This document shows, one piece after another, positions 17,814-28,725 of a stretch of DNA of 64,000 nucleotides (the stretch's first letter is position 1; every line of letters starts with the position of its first letter). The notes beneath the pieces were generated by a model that did no database searches, had not been told where the DNA came from, and worked only from the letters and a program-made list of their open reading frames with translations. The DNA is from an uncultured Chloroflexia bacterium (GTDB taxonomy: Bacteria; Chloroflexota; Dehalococcoidia; UBA2979): contig CAVSIV010000002.1 in assembly GCA_963728205.1 (NCBI GenBank), positions 160,001 through 224,000 on the forward strand, read 5' to 3'. The translations under genes and the position numbers were made by a program.

Positions 17814-18431
17814 TCAGCGCGTGACGAAGTGCTTCGCGAGGTCGGGCTCCGGGCGGTCAAACGGGACATAATCCGCAGCGGGGTGACCGAGCGCGATCAG
17901 TGCCTGCGGCTCCCAGGCGGGGTCGAGCGCGAGGGCCCCGCGCGCCGCTTCGCCGGCGTAGAGGGGGGCCGAGATCCAGAACGCGCCCAGCCCGCGCGCC
18001 GCCGCCGCCAGCAGGATGTTCTGCATGGCCGCGCCGAACGAGTGCTGCGCGAGGCCCCACTCGGCGCGCGCGCGACGCTCGTCGGCGTAGGTGCGCAGGC
18101 CGTCGGCGACGAGGCAGCCGAGCAGCAGCGTCGGCGCGCCCTCCACCTGTCGACGTGAGCGGGTCAGCGCGCGCTCCTGCTGCGCGGCGGGGACGCCGTC
18201 GCGCTCGAGGTCGGCCCGCCAGGCGGCGCCCATCGCGTCGGCGAGGGCGGCGCGGCGCGCGGGGGACACCGCCACGAACCGCCACGGCTGCGTGTGATGC
18301 GGCGCGGGCGCGGTCACCGCGAGCGCGACCAGCGCGCGCACGTCGGCATCCGACAGGGGCGCGCCCTCGAGGCCGCGGATCGACCGGCGCGCGCGGATGG
18401 CGTCGTCGACGAGGCGGGCGTGGTCGTTCAT
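17814..18431 (-). CDS. fbiE: Stand-alone nitroreductase, FbiB C-terminal/FbiE-like dehydro-F420 reductase
   Basis: RRSIR, APAPHHTQPWRF, GAAMQNILL; translationally coupled to cofC. Confidence 0.75.
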   Translation of the reverse strand: MNDHARLVDDAIRARRSIRGLEGAPLSDADVRALVALAVTAPAPHHTQPWRFVAVSPARRAALADAMGAAWRADLERDGVPAAQQERALTRSRRQVEGAPTLLLGCLVADGLRTYADERRARAEWGLAQHSFGAAMQNILLAAAARGLGAFWISAPLYAGEAARGALALDPAWEPQALIALGHPAADYVPFDRPEPDLAKHFVTR

Positions 18432-19121
18432 CGGGCCCCCTGCGCCGCCGCGTGCCACGCGGCGGGCAGGTGCGCGAACACCTTGCGGGTCGCGGGGCCG
18501 ACGCGATCTCGCACCGCCATGAGGTCGGCCGGCGTGTCGATGTCGACGGCGAGCGACGGCGGGTGGAGCTCGTGCAGCGGCAGGCCGGCCGCGCGCGCGG
18601 CGTCGCGATGCGCGGCGGCGGAGCCGGGGCCGAAGGCCGGCGCGAGCGCGCCGGGTGGCCGCAGCCCGAGCGCAGACGTCCCGCCGTCGGCGGACGGGAC
18701 GAGCACGGCGCCGGCGGTGCTGTCCGCCGCCGCGTCGCGGGACAGCGCGGCGAGGACGTCCGCGACGTCGTCGCCGCGGAGCTGCGGGAGATTCGGCGGG
18801 CAGTACGAGCACAGAGCCCGCCTGCGCGAGCGCCGGTCCCGCCAGCGCGGAGCGGACGGCAGCGTTGAAGCCGTCACCGTCGTCGACGACGAGGCGCGCG
18901 CTGTGCCGCTCGGCGATCGACCCGTAGTCGGGATCCGGGGTCACGACGTAGAGCGGGCCGGCGTGGCCCGCGCGTGCGGCGGCGAGCACATCGTCGAGCA
19001 TCGCGCGGACGAGGTCGCGTCGCAGCGCGAGCGGCAGGGCGCCCGCGAGACGGCTCTTCGCCTGGTCCGCGCGGCGCACGGCGACGAGGATCGCGGTCTC
19101 GGGCGAGGAGGCGTGCGTCAC
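18428..19121 (-). CDS. cofC: 2-phospho-L-lactate/PEP guanylyltransferase (frameshift near 18790)
   Basis: AKSRLA, AMLDDVL, DGGTSAL, FGPGSAAAH, DIDTPADL. Confidence 0.88.
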
Positions 19122-20068
19122 GGACGGGTCGCGGGCGCGGCGAGCGCGGCCGCTGCATCGAGCACGGCGGCGGCGACGCGCCGCCGGCCGTCATGGCCGC
19201 GCATCATCGTGTCGCACACGGCGGCGCGCATGCCGAGCGCCTCGACGGCCGGCGCGAGCGGCGCGTCCACCGCGTCGAGGACGAACAGGTCGACGAGCCC
19301 GGCGTAGAGGCGCGCGACGCCGAGCGCGGAGACCTCGTGGCCGAGCGAGCGCAGCATGGCGGCGGCGGGCCCCTTGATCGCCTCGCCGCCGACGATCGGC
19401 GACACGGCGACGCGCCGGGCATGCGAGGCCGCAAGCGCGTCGCGCACGCCGGCGACCTCCCATAGCGGGCCGATCGAGACGAACGGGTTGCTCGGGGCGA
19501 TCACGACGAGGTCCGCGATTGCGAGCGCCTCGAGGACGCCGGGGGCCGGTCGCGCCGCCGCGGCGCCGGGGAAGCGGAAGCCGAGGACTTGGTCCTGCGC
19601 GCGCCGGCGCACGAAGTACTCCTGGAAGGGGAGCTCGCCGTCCGGTGTGCGCACGATCGTGGGGTGCGGGTCGTTCGTCACCGGGAGCACATGGCTGCGC
19701 ACGCCAAGCCCCGTCGCGACGGCCGCGGTGGCCTCGGCGAGGGTGCGGCCGGTGCCGAGCAGCGCACTGCGGCGGAGATGCGTGGCGAGGTCGCGGTCGC
19801 CGATGCGGAACCAGGCGTCGCCGCCGAGGGCGCCCAGCGCGTCGAGCGCGTGGGTCGTGTCGCCGCGGATGCCCCAGCCCTCGTCGCCTTCGACGCCGGC
19901 GAGCGTGTAGAGGACGGTGTCGATGTCCGGGGAGACGTGGAGGCCGTGCCACGCGAGGTCGTCGCCGACGTTGCACACGGCGGTGATGTCGGCCGGGTCG
20001 ACGCACGCGGCGAGTCCCGCGAGGAATCGCGCGGCGCCGACGCCTCCGGCCAGGACGGTGATCCGCAC
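19118..20068 (-). CDS. cofD: 2-phospho-L-lactate transferase (CofD/FbiA)
   Basis: LAGGVGAARF, NVGDD, SPDIDTVLYTL, WFRIGDRD, FQEYFV, PSNPFVSI, KGPAA. Confidence 0.95.
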   Translation of the reverse strand: MRITVLAGGVGAARFLAGLAACVDPADITAVCNVGDDLAWHGLHVSPDIDTVLYTLAGVEGDEGWGIRGDTTHALDALGALGGDAWFRIGDRDLATHLRRSALLGTGRTLAEATAAVATGLGVRSHVLPVTNDPHPTIVRTPDGELPFQEYFVRRRAQDQVLGFRFPGAAAARPAPGVLEALAIADLVVIAPSNPFVSIGPLWEVAGVRDALAASHARRVAVSPIVGGEAIKGPAAAMLRSLGHEVSALGVARLYAGLVDLFVLDAVDAPLAPAVEALGMRAAVCDTMMRGHDGRRRVAAAVLDAAAALAAPATRP

Positions 20069-20154
20069 GTTCCCCCCCGCAACCCGCGGCACAGCCAGGT
20101 ACGCAACGATCCTACAGGCTCGGGGGCTACGCGGCGCGAACGCCCGCGCGGACG

Positions 20155-20646
20155 TCAGCCGGCGACGGACTCGCTCCCGATCGCGTAGCCGCCCTCCATC
20201 GCCGGCTCGCGGCCCTCGATCTGTGCGAGCAGCACCGCCGCCGGCGCGAAGCCGCGGTTGATGGTGACGAGGGCACCGGCACGATCGTAGACGGCCGTCG
20301 TGGGGACGGAGAGCACGCCGTATTCGCTCGCGAGGGCGGGCTCGGCGACGGCGTCGTAGCGCTCGAGGCGCAACTCGGGGACGTGGTGGCGCAGGCGCTC
20401 GAGGGCCGGCTCCTGCTGGGCGCGGCAGACGACGCAGGTCTGCGTGGTGAAGTACACGATGCGGGGCGGGGCGGCCGGGGTGATTCCCGCTTCCGCGACG
20501 GTGTCGGCACGCGGCATGCCGGCTGCGTGCGCGCGGAGGCGGGCGAGGATGCGGGCGTCGCGACGGCGCACCCAGGCCCGCACACCCTGAAGGGCCAGCA
20601 TGATGACGCCGATGATGGCGACCGCGACGAGGAGGCGAACGATCAT
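20155..20646 (-). CDS. Membrane-anchored thioredoxin-family protein
   Basis: N-terminal TM, CVVC motif, YGVLSVPT cis-Pro loop; ATGA overlap with DUF4395. Confidence 0.8.
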   Translation of the reverse strand: MIVRLLVAVAIIGVIMLALQGVRAWVRRRDARILARLRAHAAGMPRADTVAEAGITPAAPPRIVYFTTQTCVVCRAQQEPALERLRHHVPELRLERYDAVAEPALASEYGVLSVPTTAVYDRAGALVTINRGFAPAAVLLAQIEGREPAMEGGYAIGSESVAG

Positions 20647-21113
20647 CGCGCGGCGCGACTCGCGGCGATGGATCGCGGCAGCATGCCGACGCGGTCGAGC
20701 TGGTAGTAGAGAAAGCATCCTGCGCAGAACTGCACGGTCAGGTTGACGAAGGCGAGCGCCGTGACGATCCAGCTCAGGATCCAGCCGACGAGCGTCGCTC
20801 CGCCGATGAGCGCCACGAAGGCGAGCAGCAGGAAGACCGAGCCGAACGCCTGGGCGAACTGGTGGGGCATCGGATCTTCGGCGCGGACGTCCGAACCGAG
20901 GATCCCGGCCGGCTTGAGGACGCGTCGGTGCACCTGCTTGAAGAGTGCGAATGCCGGGTGCAGCGTGCCGAGCGCCATCACGAGGCCGGTGAACAACACG
21001 ATCCATTGCCCGGCGGGGAGACCGACCACGAACGCGAGCACGGTGAGCAGGACGATGCACGCCTGATTCGTACGCAGGGTGTTGCGATCCACCCGGAGAT
21101 TTGGCGATGTCAT
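20643..21113 (-). CDS. DUF4395-family membrane protein
   Basis: VD...R.NQ, EDPMPHQFAQAFG and C-terminal FCAGC. Confidence 0.8.
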   Translation of the reverse strand: MTSPNLRVDRNTLRTNQACIVLLTVLAFVVGLPAGQWIVLFTGLVMALGTLHPAFALFKQVHRRVLKPAGILGSDVRAEDPMPHQFAQAFGSVFLLLAFVALIGGATLVGWILSWIVTALAFVNLTVQFCAGCFLYYQLDRVGMLPRSIAASRAAR

Positions 21114-21145
21114 GACGGCAGACCCCCGCTCCGCGGTCTCCTGAT

Positions 21146-21170
21146 GTAGTCGAGTAACTTAGTCATGATT
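21146..21170. promoter_or_regulatory. Putative Rrf2-family (IscR/CymR-like) operator
   Basis: GTAGTCGAGTAACTTAGTCATGATT matches 19 of 25 positions of the IscR type-1 consensus ATASYYGACTRwwwYAGTCRRSTAT; AT-rich patch upstream of DUF4395. Confidence 0.5.
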
Positions 21171-21278
21171 GTATACCGGGAGCGACTCGTGATCACGCGG
21201 GTGGGAGCGGTGAGTGGGGGAGGTGCGATTGGGCAGCGGAGCGCGCTGACCCGGGGCCGTTCGCCGTGAGAGGGCCTG

Positions 21279-22169
21279 TCAGGCGTCGGCCAGTGCGGCT
21301 TCCTCGGCGAGGGCGCGTTCCATGGCGTTGATGGCGACCTGGATCTGCTCGTCGTCCGGGTAGCGCGTGGTCAGCTTCTGCAGCGCGATGTTCCCCGCGA
21401 AGAGCAGCCGCACGAGCGGCACGCGCGTGTGCGCACCGCCGAAGCGGATCACCTCGTAGGAGAGGCCGGCGACTACCGGGATGAGCACGAGCCGCGAGAG
21501 GAAGCGCCACCACAGCGGAGAGGTCCCGGCGAAGACGAACACGACGACCGAGATGACCGCGACCGTGAGCAGGAACGACGTCCCGCAGCGCGGGTGCTCC
21601 TTCTCGTAGCGTCGCACTGCGGCGACGCGGAGCTCGCGACCGTCCTCGTAGGCGCGGATGGTCATGTGCTCGGCGCCGTGGTACTGGAAGACGCGCGCGA
21701 TCTCGCCGGAGCGGCCGATGGCCCAGATATAGCCGATGAGCAGCGCGAGCCGGATCACGCCTTCGATCAGCGTGATCACCCACTGGTGCCCGATCCAGCG
21801 ATCGAGCCAGGTGGTCGCGAGCGCCGGGCCGGCGAAGAAGAACGCCATCGCGAGCGCCAGCACGACGGCCATCCCGGCCCATGCCACCGCGCCCATCGGC
21901 TTCGTCTCGCCGTGCTCGTCGAGGTCGTCAGTGGCGATGGCCGACGACCATGTCAGGGCGCGGAAGCCGAGCGCCATGGTCTCCCAGAGCACGGCCACGC
22001 CGCGCAGCAGGGGGACGCGGCGAACGGCGCCGGTGTAGATACCGCCGAGCCGCTCGGTGCGGCCGACGATCGAGCCGTCCGGCGCGCGCACGGCGACGGA
22101 CATGACGCGCGGTCCGCGGATCATGACGCCCTCGATGATCGCCTGGCCGCCGTAGCTCGCTGCGCTCAT
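21279..22169 (-). CDS. DUF1385 (YqhQ-like) membrane protein
   Basis: YGGQAIIEGVMIRG, FQYHGAEH, HPRCGTSF, LQKLTT; usual position after rpmE. Confidence 0.9.
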   Translation of the reverse strand: MSAASYGGQAIIEGVMIRGPRVMSVAVRAPDGSIVGRTERLGGIYTGAVRRVPLLRGVAVLWETMALGFRALTWSSAIATDDLDEHGETKPMGAVAWAGMAVVLALAMAFFFAGPALATTWLDRWIGHQWVITLIEGVIRLALLIGYIWAIGRSGEIARVFQYHGAEHMTIRAYEDGRELRVAAVRRYEKEHPRCGTSFLLTVAVISVVVFVFAGTSPLWWRFLSRLVLIPVVAGLSYEVIRFGGAHTRVPLVRLLFAGNIALQKLTTRYPDDEQIQVAINAMERALAEEAALADA

Positions 22170-22219
22170 AGCGTCACACGATACCCGGGACCGCGGGCGC
22201 GGACGAGGCGGGTCGCAAC

Positions 22220-22258
22220 ACGAAGCCGGGCGGCCCGCGATGGGCCGCCCGGCTTCGT
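22220..22258 (-). terminator. Hairpin after rpmE
   Basis: 17-bp perfect inverted repeat ACGAAGCCGGGCGGCCC/GGGCCGCCCGGCTTCGT. Confidence 0.7.
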
Positions 22259-22290
22259 CTGTGAACGGGCGACGCGGTGCGTCGCGCCGA

Positions 22291-22515
22291 CTACTGGCCG
22301 GACTGCTGTCCCTGGTTCGCCTTCTGGTAGCGGCGCCGGAAGCGCTCGACGCGACCGGCGGTGTCGACGATGCGCTGCTCGCCCGTGAAGAACGGGTGGC
22401 ACTGCGAGCAGACGTCGACGTGCATCTGCTCCTGCGTGGAGCGCGTGACCCAGCTGTTGCCACAGGCGCACGTGATCGTCGCCTGCTTGTACTCGGGATG
22501 AATGCTGGCCTTCAT
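22291..22515 (-). CDS. rpmE: 50S ribosomal protein L31 (zinc-binding type)
   Basis: [29 protein letters not shown]. Confidence 0.97.
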   Translation of the reverse strand: MKASIHPEYKQATITCACGNSWVTRSTQEQMHVDVCSQCHPFFTGEQRIVDTAGRVERFRRRYQKANQGQQSGQ

Positions 22516-22557
22516 GGAATGATTGCTCCTGACCGGGCGCCGCGCGCCGGTCGCGAC

Positions 22558-22821
22558 CTAGTCCGCGCTGGGAACGATCGAGACCTGCTTGCGTCGGCCC
22601 TTGGCGTACGGCGTGTAGCGGACGGTGCCCTCGACCCGCGCCCAGAGCGTGAAGTCGCGACCGACGCCGACGTTCTCGCCGGCGTGGAAGCGCGTGCCGC
22701 GCTGGCGGACGAGGATCGACCCGGCGGTGACGACCTGGCCGTCGTGACGCTTGAGCCCGAGGCGCTGCGACTGCGAATCGCGGCCGTTCTTGCTCGAGCC
22801 GCCGGACTTCTTGTGAGCCAT
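22558..22821 (-). CDS. rpmA: 50S ribosomal protein L27
   Basis: [21 protein letters not shown]. Confidence 0.98.
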   Translation of the reverse strand: MAHKKSGGSSKNGRDSQSQRLGLKRHDGQVVTAGSILVRQRGTRFHAGENVGVGRDFTLWARVEGTVRYTPYAKGRRKQVSIVPSAD

Positions 22822-22839
22822 GGCGTGTGCCCCTGTGTG

Positions 22840-23154
22840 CTAGCCGGCCGAGATCGCCGTGATCTCGAGCCGGGTGAGCGGCTGCCGGTGCCCGCGCAGC
22901 TTGCGATGGCGGGTCTTGTTCTTGTAGTTGTAAACGAGCACTTTGTCGGCGCGGACCTGCTCTGCGACGCGCGCGCTGACCGAGGCGCCCTCGACGAGCG
23001 GCGTGCCGACCTGTGGGTCGCCATCGCCCTCGACCATGAGGACCTCAGAGAGCGTCACCTCGTCGCCGGCGGCGGCTTCGAGCCGCTCGACGTCGATCCG
23101 GTCGCCCTCGCGCACGCGGTATTGCTTCCCGCCGGTGCGGATGACTGCGTACAT
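22840..23154 (-). CDS. rplU: 50S ribosomal protein L21
   Basis: MYAVIRTGGKQYRV, GHRQ. Confidence 0.98.
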   Translation of the reverse strand: MYAVIRTGGKQYRVREGDRIDVERLEAAAGDEVTLSEVLMVEGDGDPQVGTPLVEGASVSARVAEQVRADKVLVYNYKNKTRHRKLRGHRQPLTRLEITAISAG

Positions 23155-23245
23155 ACCGCCTCTTCCGAAACTTGGGTAGATTGAGTCTAGGGAGCGTCCG
23201 GCGCCAGCGTCAACGCGCGACGGGGAGGGGAAGCTGCTGCACCCG

Positions 23246-23935
23246 GTGCTTCACCTCCTCGGTCTCCCGGTGCAGCTGCTCGGTTGGCTGACGGACTGGC
23301 TCTTTCTCACCATTCGGGCGCTGTTCGACCAGTTCGGCGTGCCCATCGTCTTCCTTTCCGGCCTGGCGGAGGCCACCTTCGGCGTCGGCATCGTGTTTCC
23401 CGGCGTGATCATCATGTTCCTCGGCGGTGCGCAGTCGGCAGGCGACGCGGGGCGGCTGCTCCTCGTGTTCGTCGCCGCCGTCGCGGGCACGACCCTGGGG
23501 GACGTCGTTTCCTACGCGCTCGGGCGCTGGGGAGCGCACTACCTCATCCGCTCACGCTTCGCGTCGTCCGTCCGGCTCGGGGCCGCGCTGCTCGACGGTC
23601 GCGCGCGCTGGTTCATCCCGCTCTACCACCTCTACAGCGTGACGCGCGCCGTCGGGCCGTTCGGGGCGGGTGCGGTGCGCATGCCGGTCGCCGCCTGGCT
23701 GCCGCTGGATCTCCTCGGCGCAGCCGTCGCGAACGCCGTGTGGGTCGCGGGCGGTGCCCTCCTGGGAACTGCCGTGCTCACCGACGACGGCCGCCTCCAG
23801 ACGCACCCCGCGCTCCGGATCGGCCTGGTCGCGGCCGGCGTGCTCTGGTTCCTGCTCTTCCGACACGTTGTGCAGCGGCGCTTGCATGAACTGGCGAACG
23901 TGCCGCCGCCGGTCCCCCCCGCCTCCTCCCCGTAG
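23246..23935 (+). CDS. DedA/VTT-family membrane protein
   Basis: AEATFGVGIVFPG, LGDVVSYALGR, PFGAGA.RM. Confidence 0.8.
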   Translation: MLHLLGLPVQLLGWLTDWLFLTIRALFDQFGVPIVFLSGLAEATFGVGIVFPGVIIMFLGGAQSAGDAGRLLLVFVAAVAGTTLGDVVSYALGRWGAHYLIRSRFASSVRLGAALLDGRARWFIPLYHLYSVTRAVGPFGAGAVRMPVAAWLPLDLLGAAVANAVWVAGGALLGTAVLTDDGRLQTHPALRIGLVAAGVLWFLLFRHVVQRRLHELANVPPPVPPASSP

Positions 23936-24012
23936 GAACGCGGCGACGGGAGGCACCCGCGGATGAACGCCGGCGCCCGCCGGCGCGCTCAGGGCGTCCA
24001 CCGGCCGCAGGC

Positions 24013-24045
24013 GCGAATGGGGCCGGCATTGCCGGCCCCATTCGC
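24013..24045. terminator. Hairpin between convergent dedA and ftsH
   Basis: GCGAATGGGGCCGGCA-T-TGCCGGCCCCATTCGC. Confidence 0.7.
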
Positions 24046-24067
24046 TGCATCACCAGGTCCGCGGCCG

Positions 24068-26071
<2,004 letters not shown>

Positions 26072-26342
26072 GAGTGCACCTGCGTTCTGCTGGGCCTGGA
26101 GGAGATGGGCAGACGGTTGATCATCAGAAGGGCGTAACCCCCGGATCATCCGGGATTGCTGAGGACCCGACCGGACGCCGCCCGTGCGTTCAGTGTAGCA
26201 CCCAGGCCGGATTCAGCCGCGGCCCGATCGGACCGGGCGTGACATGACGATCGTCGGCATCGCGGCCCCCGGTCGATACCCGCGGGGAGTGGCGGCCGGG
26301 CCTCCGCACGGGCGAGACCCCCGGGACCGCCGGATAAGGAGC

Positions 26343-26552
26343 CTAGTCGTCTTCCTCGTCGTCGTCCTCCTGGTCGACGTAGAGCTTCCCATTGGAGGCC
26401 CAGTCCTCGACGGAGTACTCGCTGAACAGAATGGTCGTGGCTTCCGGGGTGGTGTGAGCGATGTTGCAGATCGCGTCCGTGATGACCCGTGCGAGCTCGC
26501 GCTTCTGGGCGACCGAGCGGCCGGGCAACATCTCGATGCGCACGATGGGCAT
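26343..26552 (-). CDS. 4-oxalocrotonate tautomerase family protein
   Basis: Catalytic Pro1 (MPIVRIEMLPGRS..QKREL), W...G motif, acidic tail; AAGGAG RBS. Confidence 0.85.
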   Translation of the reverse strand: MPIVRIEMLPGRSVAQKRELARVITDAICNIAHTTPEATTILFSEYSVEDWASNGKLYVDQEDDDEEDD

Positions 26553-26663
26553 GCGAGGCTCCTTTCGCGTCGGGCGCATCATACGGTTCGCGACGCCGGC
26601 TTCCGGACCGAGGCAGGCATCCGATCAGTTGCCTGCACGAAATCTCGGTGCCTAGGATCCACC

Positions 26664-27332
26664 ATGCGTCGTGACCCGCTGAACGCGCCCGTCCGGCCGA
26701 CCTGGCGTACCGAGAAGCAGCTGTGGCGCCTCGGCGCGACGCGCGTGGCCGGGGTCGACGAGGTGGGCCGCGGACCGCTCGCGGGGCCGGTCGTAGCGGC
26801 TGCGGTCGTGATCCCTCGAACTAGGTCCGGCTGGAACTCTCGCGCGCACTGGATTGGGCGGCTGCGCGACTCCAAGCAGCTCGGCGCGGCCGAGCGCGAG
26901 GAGTTGGCGGTCGTGATCCGCGAGCGCACCGAGTGGGGGATCGCCGCCGTGTCGGCTCAGGTCGTCGATCAGATCAACATTCTGCGCGCGACGCGACTGG
27001 CGATGGCTCGCGCGCTCGCGCAGTTGCCGGCCGCGCCGGACGCGGTGATCGTCGACGGGCGCGAGGTGATCGACGGAGTCGCTCGGCAGCAGGCGGTGAT
27101 CGACGGCGACGCGCTGTGCGTGTCAGTGGCGGCCGCGAGCATCATCGCGAAGGTGTACCGGGACGCGCTGATGACGCGGCTCGAGGCGCACTTCCCGGGA
27201 TACGGGTTTGCGGAGAACAAGGGGTACGCGACGGCGGAGCACCGGGCGGCGCTGCGAAGACTGGGATACAGCAACGTGCACCGGCTCTCGTTCGAGCCGG
27301 TGCGTGCGGCACTGGGGGCAATGACGCGATGA
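26664..27332 (+). CDS. rnhB: Ribonuclease HII
   Basis: AGVDEVGRGPLAGPV, DSK, DGDA, AAASIIAKV, KGY. Confidence 0.96.
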   Translation: MRRDPLNAPVRPTWRTEKQLWRLGATRVAGVDEVGRGPLAGPVVAAAVVIPRTRSGWNSRAHWIGRLRDSKQLGAAEREELAVVIRERTEWGIAAVSAQVVDQINILRATRLAMARALAQLPAAPDAVIVDGREVIDGVARQQAVIDGDALCVSVAAASIIAKVYRDALMTRLEAHFPGYGFAENKGYATAEHRAALRRLGYSNVHRLSFEPVRAALGAMTR

Positions 27333-27697
27333 ACGACCCGCGACGGCGCATGGGCGACGCCGGTGAGCGGCTCGCCGCGGATTACCTGACGCGGCAGGGC
27401 TACGAGATCGTCGATCGCAACGTGCGGCGGCGCGAAGGGGAGATTGACCTCGTCGCGGTGGACGACGGCACGCTCGTGTTCGTCGAGGTCAAGCTGCGGC
27501 GCTCCGGCCGCGCCGGCTCCGCGGTGCAGCAGATCTCGCCCGCGAAGCACGCCCGGTTGCGGGAGCTGGCGACCGCGTACGCGGCGGAGCATCCGAACCT
27601 TCCGAGCAACCTCCGCATCGACGTGGTGGCGATCGACCTCACGGTGAGCGGCGAGGTGGGCAAGCTGAACCACGTGCGGAGCGCCGTCGAGGACTGA
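27329..27697 (+). CDS. yraN: YraN (UPF0102) family nuclease-like protein
   Basis: GE..AADYL, GEIDLVA, FVEVK, RIDVVAI. Confidence 0.93.
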   Translation: MNDPRRRMGDAGERLAADYLTRQGYEIVDRNVRRREGEIDLVAVDDGTLVFVEVKLRRSGRAGSAVQQISPAKHARLRELATAYAAEHPNLPSNLRIDVVAIDLTVSGEVGKLNHVRSAVED

Positions 27698-27745
27698 GCC
27701 CGTCCCGCCCGCGCCTGCCGCTCGGACGCTAGACTCGGATCCGTT

Positions 27746-28168
27746 ATGCCGATCTACCAGTACGACTGCGCCGGTTGCACGCGCCGCGTCGACATCTTCT
27801 TCCGCTCGGTCAGCAAGGTCGGGACGCCGGTGTGTCCCGAGTGCGGCAGCAAGCGGCTGAAGCGTGTGGTGTCGCAGGTCGCGCGGGCGCGTTCCGACCG
27901 CGAACGGCTCGACGCCATCGACATGCAACAGGAGATGGGGCGGCTGGAGTCGGGAGACGTCGGCGGATTCGCGCGCTGGGCGCGTCAGATGGGCGAGCAG
28001 TACGACGGCACGCTCGGCTCCGAGTTCAGCGAGATGGCCGACAAGGCGGAGGCCGGTGAGGACCCGATCGAGCGCGTGGACCCGGCCTTCACGTTGAAGT
28101 CGCGCGTGGAGCGCCGGCGGTCCGAGCTCGAAGCCGCGTCCGACGGCGGCGCGACGGGCGACGCCTGA
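27746..28168 (+). CDS. FmdB-family zinc-ribbon protein
   Basis: MPIYQYDCAGC...CPECGS with a helical C-terminal extension. Confidence 0.85.
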   Translation: MPIYQYDCAGCTRRVDIFFRSVSKVGTPVCPECGSKRLKRVVSQVARARSDRERLDAIDMQQEMGRLESGDVGGFARWARQMGEQYDGTLGSEFSEMADKAEAGEDPIERVDPAFTLKSRVERRRSELEAASDGGATGDA

Positions 28169-28515
28169 TGCCGATCTATGAGTACCGCTGCGACGACTGC
28201 CGTGGCGTGACGAGCGTGTTCGTGCGCTCGACACGCGCGACGGTGGACGCCCGGTGCGAGCACTGCGAGTCGGCGCGGATGACGCGGATCATGTCGCGCG
28301 TGAACCGCGTGAAGACCGAGCAGGACGTGCTCGACGAGCTGGGTGCGCCGGGCGCGGGGGCCCGCCCGGAGGACTCGTATCGCGACCCGCGCCAGATCGG
28401 GCACTGGGTGGAGCGCCGGTTCGAGGAATACGGCATGGACGTGCCCGACGAGACGCGACAGATGATCGACGCCGCGCGCGAGGGCGAGCTCCCGGACCCG
28501 ATCAAGGATCTGTAG
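28168..28515 (+). CDS. FmdB-family zinc-ribbon protein (second paralog)
   Basis: MPIYEYRCDDC...CEHCES; TGATG overlap with the first. Confidence 0.85.
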   Translation: MPIYEYRCDDCRGVTSVFVRSTRATVDARCEHCESARMTRIMSRVNRVKTEQDVLDELGAPGAGARPEDSYRDPRQIGHWVERRFEEYGMDVPDETRQMIDAAREGELPDPIKDL

Positions 28516-28725
28516 CCGCACCGACGACCGTGCGCGCACGCGCGCCGGAACCGGCGGTCGGGCGCCTCTCGCTCACCGCCGGCGCACGCGGGCACGCCGC
28601 CCCGGTCCCGTCTCGCGATCCCCCTGCGCACGACCGTGCCCGTACGCGCGCGCGATGTTACGCTCCCGCGCGGCCCGCGGCCGCCTACCCGGTTTCAGGG
28701 TCGCCCAGGGGAGGGACCACCAGGG

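Noticed and set aside
17814-19121. CofC-nitroreductase fusion suggested by the ORF track
   Set aside because: Artefact of the cofC frameshift; cofC ends at 18428 and the reductase has its own ATG at 18431.
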